From a virus (Duplodnaviria > Heunggongvirae > Uroviricota > Caudoviricetes): DNA of 64,000 bases. The stretch's first letter is position 1; every line of letters begins with the position of its first letter. The notes under the pieces were generated by a model. That model was given only the letters and a program-made list of their open reading frames with translations. It was not told the origin of the DNA and searched no databases. The stretch lies in the IMG/VR virus record IMGVR_UViG_3300048593_000385, one strand, 5' to 3'. Below are positions 9,723 to 17,530 of the stretch, one piece after another. The translations under genes were made by a program, and so were the position numbers.

Positions 9723-10369
9723 TGACTGATATTACTGATCTCATCAAGAATTATACCAAACTGCAATATTTGGCACTTGTTCCTGAAATTAGATTGTTTA
9801 TCAGAAACGATCATTATTTGCATGAAATGTTGATGGAAGAAGTGAACGACGAGTTCGTTGCTTGGCCAGAGTGGTCTAACGTCTGGGCAGGTGGCCACGG
9901 ATTAGCAAGATATATTCTAGACAATCCAGAATTGTTTGCAGGAAAAACTGTAATGGACTACTGCTCTGGTAGCGGTGTGGCTGGTATCGCGGCTGCTCTC
10001 GCGGGAGCAACGAAAGTTACTTGTGTTGATATTGATCAATATGCGCTTCAGGCGATCAAACTCAATGCCAAAGCCAATAAGGTGGAAGTAGAAGTATCCA
10101 AGACGCCTGTTGAAGCCGATGTCATTTTGGTTGGATGTCCTTCGTTTAAAACATTAGACGGAACATTTCCAGAAGAACAATTAGAACTGATCAAATCTTA
10201 TGAAAATTCATACCTCGGATACAAAATAATCAGAGACGAATATACTAAGGGTTTCTTTGACGCAGGAGAATTCGAGATTATTGATCGTAAAACAGTTCCT
10301 ACTTCTCAACATGTAGAAGGAAGAACGTTCCAAAAAGTAATTCTTATGACTTATATAAAACAGGAATAG
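9722..10369 (+). CDS. Class I SAM-dependent methyltransferase, METTL20/ETFB-KMT (PrmA-like) type
   Basis: VPEIRL, WSNVWAGGHGLARYILDNPELFAGKTVMDYCSGSGVAGIAAALAGA..V..VDID (motif I plus post-I). Confidence 0.85.
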   Translation: MTDITDLIKNYTKLQYLALVPEIRLFIRNDHYLHEMLMEEVNDEFVAWPEWSNVWAGGHGLARYILDNPELFAGKTVMDYCSGSGVAGIAAALAGATKVTCVDIDQYALQAIKLNAKANKVEVEVSKTPVEADVILVGCPSFKTLDGTFPEEQLELIKSYENSYLGYKIIRDEYTKGFFDAGEFEIIDRKTVPTSQHVEGRTFQKVILMTYIKQE

Positions 10370-11598
10370 TAATCAAATTGTTCGTCTACAGTTTTCCCTT
10401 CCATCTCTTTAACTTCTTTATTTTTTAAGTCAATATAGTGATCAATAATTGTCTGTCCGATAGCTGATGTGAGAATATGATCGTCTTTGAGATATTGAAG
10501 CGATTCGCTCAAACACTTTGGCATATGTTTATCTGACTTTTGTTCTATAAGACTTTTGTTGGTTTCTGATTTTGGGAAGGGATATTTGTGTTTGTATCCA
10601 AGAAGCATTGCATGCAATATAGCAGCCAGAGCAAAATATGGATTGGCTGAATAATCAGCGACTCTATATTCAATTCTGGCTCTTGATTCCGTTTCAGTTG
10701 ATACTCTAACTGAGGAATGGCGAGTTCCTTTTCTCCAGTTTGCCCAATAACCAGCTGCTCTATATTCGTGTACTCTCTCGTAACTGTTTACCGTAGGTGC
10801 CACGATTGCAGTAAGAGGCTTGTGGTGGTGCAATAATCCAGCGATAGAGCCTTTCATAACATCAGACATTTCTTCACCAGAGAACACATTCTCGCGTGTT
10901 TTGATGTCAGTAAAACTAATATTAAAATGCAATGCATTCCAGCCATCTGTTTTGGGAACTGGCATATAGCTGAGCAAATATCCACGCTTAATTAAAATTT
11001 CTCTTGACATTTGCCTGAACAGAAACACATTATCTGTAGCATCCAATGCGTCACTGTATTTCATTGTGAATTCAAATTGTCCTGGATCGTATTCTGAGTG
11101 CACAGATTCCAAAGGCAAATTGCATTTCTCTGCCATATTCCATATGTCGTCGATTAATCCTGCGGGATCAGAAAATGCTCCAGTGCTATAAAAACGAGCA
11201 TTATATTTGTTGTACGGATTTCCGTCATGATCAAAAATATTTGCTTCGGTTTCATATCCAACCATAGGTTCTAGACCTATATCTCTCCAAGCATTAATTG
11301 CTCTTTTTAGGGTTGTTCTGCCACAAAGAGGAAATGATTCGCCGTCAAGATACATGTCAGGCAAAACGATTTGCGTTCCTGCTTCCCATGATGGTCTGGC
11401 TGCACGCCAGTCGAATTTTCCTTCGATATCATGGTATTCATTGATTATGTCAAGACCGCCCGAAGGAGGATTCCCCGAATACCCAGCAGAATATGCACCA
11501 ACACAAAAACGAACAGATCCGTTTTTTGTTTCTGGGATATATTTGCCTCTTGCTATATTCATTTGATCTAAGAACAAGACGCGAAAACGATTAGGCAT
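10351..11598 (-). CDS. Glutamine synthetase-family ligase (closer in style to gamma-glutamyl-amine ligases than canonical GlnA)
   Basis: FLDQMNIARGK, GYETE, HSEYDPGQFE, LHFNIS, APTVNSYER, RIEYRVADYSANPY. Confidence 0.85.
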   Translation of the reverse strand: MPNRFRVLFLDQMNIARGKYIPETKNGSVRFCVGAYSAGYSGNPPSGGLDIINEYHDIEGKFDWRAARPSWEAGTQIVLPDMYLDGESFPLCGRTTLKRAINAWRDIGLEPMVGYETEANIFDHDGNPYNKYNARFYSTGAFSDPAGLIDDIWNMAEKCNLPLESVHSEYDPGQFEFTMKYSDALDATDNVFLFRQMSREILIKRGYLLSYMPVPKTDGWNALHFNISFTDIKTRENVFSGEEMSDVMKGSIAGLLHHHKPLTAIVAPTVNSYERVHEYRAAGYWANWRKGTRHSSVRVSTETESRARIEYRVADYSANPYFALAAILHAMLLGYKHKYPFPKSETNKSLIEQKSDKHMPKCLSESLQYLKDDHILTSAIGQTIIDHYIDLKNKEVKEMEGKTVDEQFDYYSCFI

Positions 11599-11607
11599 CT
11601 ACAAATC

Positions 11608-12612
11608 CTATACGATATAAGGTAACCACAACTGCTCTTCGTTTTCGTCATTAATTAACTCTTGGCTAGCACTGCTCGCAAAAGGAAAATGCTGTAGTTT
11701 GATTAATGTCGGGTATGCTCTTTTACGATCTTCAATTTTTTCATCGATATAATCTACGCCAGAATAATTGTAGTATTCGATCAGAACTGACTCTGGAACA
11801 TCCCTGAGATACCTTTTCCATTGCTCGATAGACAATGCAACTCTGCGTCCATATTCATCCATTGTAATTATTGGCTTGATCCATTGTTTAGTTGGCCAAT
11901 CGTGTGCGCCTGCAAAATGATAGCAATGCACTTCTGTTGGGGCATACATGTAGTATCCAGCCTCAAAAGAACTTAGAGTAAGAAGTTGTTCTTCGCCATC
12001 ATAAAATGATAGATGATTGATACCAACATTTTCAAGCCAATCTATGTGTGTGAACAAATTTCCAGCAAAAAGATGAATAGTAGGAACTACATCAGTTGTT
12101 GGTGGAACATGGTGGCCATGCACTCCATTAATAGAATCTCTACCCCAATGGAAGTATTGTGCATAAGTGGTAATACCATTTGCTTCAATATGTTTGTGTG
12201 GCACTCCTTCTTCTATTGTGAAAGTTTTGGTCGCACCATCAATAATTACTTTTTTGCTACCAGATTTTTTTACGCCTCGTTTATAATCTTCTACAAGATA
12301 ACGATCCCAGTTTTTATCGAACAACATGTGCGAGTCAATCTGATAAAAGAAATCCTCATCTCTCACATTAAGAGAGTTGACCTTTCTTGCCCAACCAACG
12401 CCGTCAGAAACGATTGGGTCAACTCTCTTATAAACAACATCTGGTCTTTCTACAAGTTCTGGATACAGATTCTCCAAAGAATCTTCAAATGCAGTTTGTT
12501 CTAAAACTGAATATGTTGCTTCGTGTTTGTTGGATTTTTCTTCAATCAAGCTCTCGAGCGTGTAGTGAAGAAGGGAATCTCTATACGAACAAATGGAGAC
12601 AAATATTTTCAT
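11608..12612 (-). CDS. Glycosyltransferase, GT60/Gnt1 (GlcNAc-transferase)-like, GT-A fold
   Basis: IFVSICSYRD N-terminus, GVGWAR, FFYQIDSHMLFDKNWD (DSH metal motif), FAGNLF, GEEQLL. Confidence 0.78.
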   Translation of the reverse strand: MKIFVSICSYRDSLLHYTLESLIEEKSNKHEATYSVLEQTAFEDSLENLYPELVERPDVVYKRVDPIVSDGVGWARKVNSLNVRDEDFFYQIDSHMLFDKNWDRYLVEDYKRGVKKSGSKKVIIDGATKTFTIEEGVPHKHIEANGITTYAQYFHWGRDSINGVHGHHVPPTTDVVPTIHLFAGNLFTHIDWLENVGINHLSFYDGEEQLLTLSSFEAGYYMYAPTEVHCYHFAGAHDWPTKQWIKPIITMDEYGRRVALSIEQWKRYLRDVPESVLIEYYNYSGVDYIDEKIEDRKRAYPTLIKLQHFPFASSASQELINDENEEQLWLPYIV

Positions 12613-13325
12613 TTTCCGAGATTAAACACTTTCTTTAACATTTGAAACTTGCGATAATACTGCTTGTCATCTCCTGGAATTGCGTTGTTATAATAATCTA
12701 ATTGTTGTTCTGTTCCTGGACCAAACCCAGCATTAAATTCTTTGTTCCAAAATGGGATTACGTGTAGCAAAGGATCACCTGCTTTAATGTGCACTTGGCA
12801 TTTTCTTTTTGGCGCACAAATAAAATTAGCTGTGTGGAATTTCTTATAATCGACAGACCCAGGAAACACCTCAAGGTCGTCTAAGAAATCCGAGTGATAG
12901 TATGCTGGAAGCAACAGTGCAGTTACATCACCTTTGGCAAAAATACCCCAAGGAGAATTGAAGTTTATTGGAGTAACAGGAACATCGTCTTCTGGATGAA
13001 TCAATCCTTCAACGACTTTGGCATCCATAAGTCTACCTTCACGATATCCTCTGTTCCCTCTCTCTCCAGATCCAATATAGTGCACTACTCCTGCTTTATT
13101 TGCCATAATATGAATATCAATCCAGGCAGGGATAATATAGCCAAGTTGTGCATATTGTATCATTCCTGGACAATGTGGCATTAGGTGCTTTTGGTGTTTA
13201 TTTTTTTGTATGTCAAAAGTTCTTGGCTTGACGTCGCTTGCTCTCATTATAGGAAATGTTTGATACGCAGTTCTATTCGTATCAACAAATTCCAAATCGC
13301 GTTTCTTTTTAAACAAGTTGATCAT
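12609..13325 (-). CDS. Hypothetical protein, DUF6065/dUTPase-fold-like
   Basis: CPGM..Y..LGYIIPAW.DI, SPW, IKAGDPLLHVIPF; paralogous to 13322-14041. Confidence 0.55.
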   Translation of the reverse strand: MINLFKKKRDLEFVDTNRTAYQTFPIMRASDVKPRTFDIQKNKHQKHLMPHCPGMIQYAQLGYIIPAWIDIHIMANKAGVVHYIGSGERGNRGYREGRLMDAKVVEGLIHPEDDVPVTPINFNSPWGIFAKGDVTALLLPAYYHSDFLDDLEVFPGSVDYKKFHTANFICAPKRKCQVHIKAGDPLLHVIPFWNKEFNAGFGPGTEQQLDYYNNAIPGDDKQYYRKFQMLKKVFNLGK

Positions 13326-14041
13326 TTTCTAGGCTCTCTCAATTCCTTGGTATACACATGACGACGAGTTCCCTGCATTTTCGAGATATTATCGATATCA
13401 GAAAACTCTTTGTCAGTCATAGATCTAATTGCTGGATTTGTTGGAATAGAAGATCTTTTGACAGGATGGACAACTACCAGAGGAGTTCCTGCTGGAATAA
13501 TATCATCAAAGTTAGGAGTGTGCCAAGCAGCAGGGAAATTAATCTCTTTGGGGTATTTATCAGTGTCAACCAATCCAGAGAGACAAGTAAAATGCCCACC
13601 AAAAGTGTTTACGAGAGGAGTGATCATAGTTGACCATCCAGGAGCTGTTTTGATCACCCAGTAGTTTACAAATTTAAGTGGTGTTGTGGGAAACCCAGGA
13701 GCTGTTTTTTCGCCTAGCTGTTTGATGTTGTGGAATTCACAAATTTTCATGGTTGGTGGATTGGTAATTTCGATTTGAGTTTTGTCTGCATTTGTCTTGA
13801 CATGAAGATCGCCCTGAAGCGGAATCACATATCCCATGGTCATTGCATCTAACATAGGCAGACACTTTTTTGCGGTCATGCTTTTTGCGCCAAACTCATC
13901 TCTATCCTCCATAAAAGGAGGGATTTTCTTGAACCATTCAGCAACATATTTGGCAGCTGGTTTTGGCTCGGGAATAATACCGTAGTTGTTGGGGTGACAG
14001 TAGAATTCAATGATTGGTTTTGGTTTGAATAAATTAAACAT
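13322..14041 (-). CDS. Hypothetical protein, DUF6065/dUTPase-fold-like (start revised from 14125 to the ATG at 14041)
   Basis: KKCLPMLDAMTMGYVIPLQGD, W..KTAPGWS, IPAGTPLVVVHPVKR; the ATG overlaps the upstream stop (TAATG). Confidence 0.55.
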   Translation of the reverse strand: MFNLFKPKPIIEFYCHPNNYGIIPEPKPAAKYVAEWFKKIPPFMEDRDEFGAKSMTAKKCLPMLDAMTMGYVIPLQGDLHVKTNADKTQIEITNPPTMKICEFHNIKQLGEKTAPGFPTTPLKFVNYWVIKTAPGWSTMITPLVNTFGGHFTCLSGLVDTDKYPKEINFPAAWHTPNFDDIIPAGTPLVVVHPVKRSSIPTNPAIRSMTDKEFSDIDNISKMQGTRRHVYTKELREPRK

Positions 14042-14631
14042 TATCCGTTTCTCTTTCCCATCACCCACATTACCAGAGACTTTCTTTCTCCTGAGATAAC
14101 AGGCTTCACGCGATGAGGCATCCAAGAAGCGAAGAATAGAATATCGCCCTTTTTAGGTTTGATAACTCTTGTGTCTTCAAAATTGCCGTTGATGCAAATC
14201 TCAAATTCTCCACCCTCATATTCTTCTGGTTCAGTCAATAACATAACCGCAGAGATTTTACGCTGGAAATTCTGCCATCCGAATTCAACATCCCAATGCC
14301 ATGTGTAGTGCTGATCAATTTTATATTTTGTATACTGAAGCGATTCTATTCCCTCAATATCATACATAAAGTGCTGATGATTTACTGTTGCGGTGATTTG
14401 GCCCAGCCTCTCAAACAACCATTGCGAGTTTTGATCAGGAAGAATCCAAGCAACCTCAGAGTCTCTAATCTCTTTTTTTGGATTGTTAGTATCGCTTCCA
14501 ATTTTGCCATGTTCGAAATTCTGAAGATCTTCTAGGAATGATATTTTATCAACCTCTTCAGGAGTGAAACCATTTTCCCATACCGCGAAACATTCCAACG
14601 GTGCATTATATTTGTAAAAACCAAATGTCAT
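14041..14631 (-). CDS. 2OG-Fe(II) oxygenase, PKHD/prolyl-4-hydroxylase-like
   Basis: IRDSEVAW, QYTKY, HxD (WHWD), RKISAV, YEGGEF, KGDILFF, PHRV, GERKSLVMW. Confidence 0.9.
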   Translation of the reverse strand: MTFGFYKYNAPLECFAVWENGFTPEEVDKISFLEDLQNFEHGKIGSDTNNPKKEIRDSEVAWILPDQNSQWLFERLGQITATVNHQHFMYDIEGIESLQYTKYKIDQHYTWHWDVEFGWQNFQRKISAVMLLTEPEEYEGGEFEICINGNFEDTRVIKPKKGDILFFASWMPHRVKPVISGERKSLVMWVMGKRNG

Positions 14632-14650
14632 AATAATTCCTCATAATATA

Positions 14651-15838
14651 TCAAGATACAACTATACTTATAGTTCCTCCAGTAGCGACTGTCACAGGAT
14701 ATGTTGCGTTGTCTGGATAAGCATAATAACTAACCAACGTCGCACTAATTGGAGTAGCAGTAGTTCCCCCTGTCGGAGAACCAGGAGCTGTTACGCCAAG
14801 CGCAGAAGATGGATTGCCTGCAACAGCAGGAACGATTGGATTGTAGTTAAGATTTCCAGGAACAATAGGATTATAATTTGCAGGTCCAGGAACAATAGGA
14901 TTATAATTTGCAGGTCCAGGAACAATAGGATTATAATTTGCGTTTCCAGGAACGATTGGGTTATAATTAAGATTTCCAGGAACGATTGGATTGTAGTTAA
15001 GATTTCCAGGAACAATTGGGTTATACTTCAATGTTCCAGGAACAATTGGGTTATACTTCAATGTTCCAGGAACGATTGGATTATACTTCAATGTTCCAGG
15101 GACAATTGGGTTATAATTTGCGTTTCCAGGAACGATTGGATTATAGTTTAAGTTCCCAGGAGTGATTGGGTTGTAGTTAAGGTTTCCAGGAACAACTACG
15201 TTGTAGTTTGGGACCTGTTGACCGAACTTAGCAAAATATCGGTATCCAGAAATATTAGAAGGTGTCGGAGCATTGTATGCACCAGTGGAATTACCTCCAG
15301 AAGGAGAATTGTACGTGCCAGTAGATGTTCCGCCTGTCGCAGGATTAGTGCCAGCAAATGACCCGCCAGAAGGTGCGTTATAAGTTCCAGTAGAAGAACC
15401 ACCAGAAGGCGCATTATAAGTTCCTGTTGAGGATCCACCCGACGGAGAATTATAAGTTCCTGTTGAGGATCCGCCAGAAGGTGAGTTATAAGTTCCTGTT
15501 GAGGATCCACCAGAAGGTGCGTTATAAGTTCCTGTTGAGGATCCACCAGAAGGTGCATTGTATCCAACTAATGATCCACCAGAAGGTGCATTGTATCCAA
15601 CTAATGATCCACCAGAAGGTGCATTATAATTGGCTAATGAACCACCAGAGGGTGCATTGTATGTGGCAGATGTGCCGCCAGATGCAGCTGTTCCTGTGCC
15701 GCCGCGACCTGACACGTTGATCACATTTTTGCCGAAAGGAACTGTGATGTTTCCAGGAGCATTAAAGTTGGTAGTACCAATACCACTTTGCCTCCAAGTT
15801 TTTTCTAATCCGTAATTTCCACCTGCGCCAATACCCAT
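14651..15838 (-). CDS. Gly/Pro-rich repeat protein A, probable virion appendage
   Basis: Gly-rich domain split by 12 YN(A/S)PSGG-type units, a 17-aa linker and 13 YNPI(V/T)PG-type units. Confidence 0.8.
   Translation of the reverse strand: MGIGAGGNYGLEKTWRQSGIGTTNFNAPGNITVPFGKNVINVSGRGGTGTAASGGTSATYNAPSGGSLANYNAPSGGSLVGYNAPSGGSLVGYNAPSGGSSTGTYNAPSGGSSTGTYNSPSGGSSTGTYNSPSGGSSTGTYNAPSGGSSTGTYNAPSGGSFAGTNPATGGTSTGTYNSPSGGNSTGAYNAPTPSNISGYRYFAKFGQQVPNYNVVVPGNLNYNPITPGNLNYNPIVPGNANYNPIVPGTLKYNPIVPGTLKYNPIVPGTLKYNPIVPGNLNYNPIVPGNLNYNPIVPGNANYNPIVPGPANYNPIVPGPANYNPIVPGNLNYNPIVPAVAGNPSSALGVTAPGSPTGGTTATPISATLVSYYAYPDNATYPVTVATGGTISIVVS
14828..15208 (-). repeat. 30-bp coding tandem repeat, (N/T/P)(L/A)(N/K)YNPI(V/T)PG x12 plus one degenerate unit
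   Basis: Counted in the translation; the repeat is visible in the DNA. Confidence 0.95.
15260..15661 (-). repeat. 33/36-bp coding tandem repeat, YN(A/S)PSGG.. x10 plus two degenerate units
   Basis: Counted in the translation. Confidence 0.95.
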
Positions 15839-15853
15839 CTTAATATTCTTTCA

Positions 15854-16843
15854 TTAAGAGCTGACGATAGTTATGCTGCCACCTGGTGCAACAGTCACTG
15901 GATATGTTGCGTTGTCTGGATAAGCATAATAACTAACCAACGTCGCAGAAATAGGAGTAGCTGGCGTTCCGCCAATTGGAGACCCAGGAGCAGTAACTCC
16001 CAATGCTGATGATGGATTTCCTGCTACGGCAGGAAAAAATATACCATAAGTTTGATTTCCTGGAGTAATTGGGTTGTAGTTGAGAGTTCCTGGAGTAATT
16101 GGGTTGTAGTTGAGAGTTCCTGGAGTAATTGGGTTATAGTTAAGGTTTCCAGGAGTAATTGGATTATAGTTTAAGTTCCCAGGAGTAATTGGATTATACT
16201 TCAATGTCCCAGGAGTAATTGGGTTATAGTTAAGGTTTCCAGGAACGATTGGGTTATAATTAAGATTTCCAGGAACGATTGGATTGTAGTTAAGGTTTCC
16301 AGGAACAACTGCGTTGTAGTTTGGAACCTCTTGGCCGAACTTAGCAAAATATCGATATCCAGCAATATTCTCTGGTGTTGGAGCATTGTATGCACCAGTG
16401 GAATTACCTCCAGATGGTGCGTTATAAGTTCCTGTGGAATTACCTCCAGATGGTGCGTTATAAGTTCCTGTGGAATTACCTCCAGATGGTGCGTTATAAG
16501 TTCCTGTGGAATTACCTCCAGATGGTGCGTTATAGTTTGCTGCGCCTCCGCCAGTCGGTGCATTGTAGTTTGCAGCTCCACCACCTGTTGGAGCATTGTA
16601 GTTTGCTGGGTTTCCGCCTGATGGAGCGTTGTAATTTGCAGCACCTCCACCAGATGGAGCGTTGTATCCTGTCGGCGCACCACCACTAACAGCAGTGCCT
16701 GTCCCGCCACTACCAGAAACATTAATGAAGTTCTGGCCATATGGAATGGTAAAGTTTCCAGGAGCATTAAATGTAGTGGTGCCAGTGCCGCTTGCACGCC
16801 ACGTTTTTTCTAAAAGAAATTTACTTCCACCAATTCCTGGCAT
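15854..16843 (-). CDS. Gly/Pro-rich repeat protein B, paralog of A
   Basis: Same 59-aa N-domain, 17-aa linker and 58-aa C-domain lengths as A; 9 + 10 repeat units. Confidence 0.8.
   Translation of the reverse strand: MPGIGGSKFLLEKTWRASGTGTTTFNAPGNFTIPYGQNFINVSGSGGTGTAVSGGAPTGYNAPSGGGAANYNAPSGGNPANYNAPTGGGAANYNAPTGGGAANYNAPSGGNSTGTYNAPSGGNSTGTYNAPSGGNSTGTYNAPSGGNSTGAYNAPTPENIAGYRYFAKFGQEVPNYNAVVPGNLNYNPIVPGNLNYNPIVPGNLNYNPITPGTLKYNPITPGNLNYNPITPGNLNYNPITPGTLNYNPITPGTLNYNPITPGNQTYGIFFPAVAGNPSSALGVTAPGSPIGGTPATPISATLVSYYAYPDNATYPVTVAPGGSITIVSS
16031..16321 (-). repeat. 30-bp coding tandem repeat, YNPI(V/T)PG x8 plus two degenerate units
   Basis: Counted in the translation. Confidence 0.95.
16373..16666 (-). 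repeat. 33/36-bp coding tandem repeat, YNAP(S/T)GG x8 plus YNAPTP
   Basis: Three exact copies of the 36-mer gtggaattacctccagatggtgcgttataagttcct at 16398-16505, plus a partial fourth. Confidence 0.95.
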
Positions 16844-16862
16844 TTAACTCTCCGTTATATTA

Positions 16863-16870
16863 TATTTATA
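16863..16870 (-). promoter_or_regulatory. T4-type late promoter TATAAATA
   Basis: Exact consensus about 20 nt upstream of ATG 16843, followed by a GGAGAG RBS. Confidence 0.85.
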
Positions 16871-16871
16871 T

Positions 16872-17501
16872 TTATGCCGCACCCTTGACGGCCAGAGAAA
16901 CAATCCATGTTGAACCTGCATTATATGTCAGAACGTTCCAAATATCAATAGCATTTGCCGATGTTGTTTGTGGTGGAGATACACCGCCTGCAAATCTAGT
17001 GCCAGATGGCCATGTAATTGTGCGACCGCCAGTAGCATCTTGAGCAGCGACAATAACAAAAGAAACAACTTTGCCTGTCGGAGCATTCGTGAACGTAAAA
17101 GTTGTGCTGCTTGACATTGTAAGGTTAAAGAAGTTCGATGTCGACAGGTCTAAGGTTGTTGCCGCTGACGAAACAGTAGTATTAGAAACATATTCAGAAT
17201 ATGCTCTGAGAGTGATACCACCACCGTATGGCGCCAGATCGATCTGTCCATTGGCAAACACCTCTATAGAAGGAATACCAGAAACGTCATTGACACTATA
17301 AATTGAGCCAGTAAGATCGTTGGTAATAGAAAATAGCTGACCAGCTGAACCTTCAAACGAAAGAGTTCCGTTCGAAGTAGGATATGTCTGCATAGTGATA
17401 GCAGTATTGACAGTAGCATTACCACCACGGAACTCGATTTTCGGATCCGCAGTGTTGCTTCTGTTTGGCGTTATGATAATATCTTTATAACTATTTGCCA
17501 T
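16872..17501 (-). CDS. Virion structural / fibre-associated protein, 209 aa
   Basis: LSFEGSAGQLFSITN..SVNDVSGIPSIEV motif; C-terminal domain shared with the 1699-aa fibre (QDATGGRTITWP). Confidence 0.7.
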   Translation of the reverse strand: MANSYKDIIITPNRSNTADPKIEFRGGNATVNTAITMQTYPTSNGTLSFEGSAGQLFSITNDLTGSIYSVNDVSGIPSIEVFANGQIDLAPYGGGITLRAYSEYVSNTTVSSAATTLDLSTSNFFNLTMSSSTTFTFTNAPTGKVVSFVIVAAQDATGGRTITWPSGTRFAGGVSPPQTTSANAIDIWNVLTYNAGSTWIVSLAVKGAA

Positions 17502-17522
17502 CTTCTTACCTTATGTTTCTTC

Positions 17523-17530
17523 TATTTATT
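17523..17530 (-). promoter_or_regulatory. Late promoter variant AATAAATA
   Basis: One mismatch to consensus, upstream of ATG 17501. Confidence 0.55.

Noticed and set aside
12013-12504. 163-aa plus-strand ORF, and the many other 60-200 aa ORFs overlapping long genes
   Set aside because: Fully overlap well-supported genes on the other strand or frame and lack recognisable motifs.
14042-14125. N-terminal extension of the 13322 ORF given in the track
   Set aside because: Overlaps the 3' end of the oxygenase; the TAATG-coupled ATG at 14041 gives an N-terminus (MFNLFK) matching its paralog (MINLFK).
8830-14631. DNA hypermodification cluster
   Set aside because: No thymidylate-synthase-like, nucleotide kinase or DNA glycosyltransferase signatures, and the late-promoter context beside structural repeat proteins fits protein targets better. 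Not formally excluded for the oxygenases.
14828-16666. Regular 30-36 bp repeats as a CRISPR array
   Set aside because: Units are contiguous with no unique spacers, keep frame, vary at synonymous sites and lie inside ORFs; there are no cas genes.
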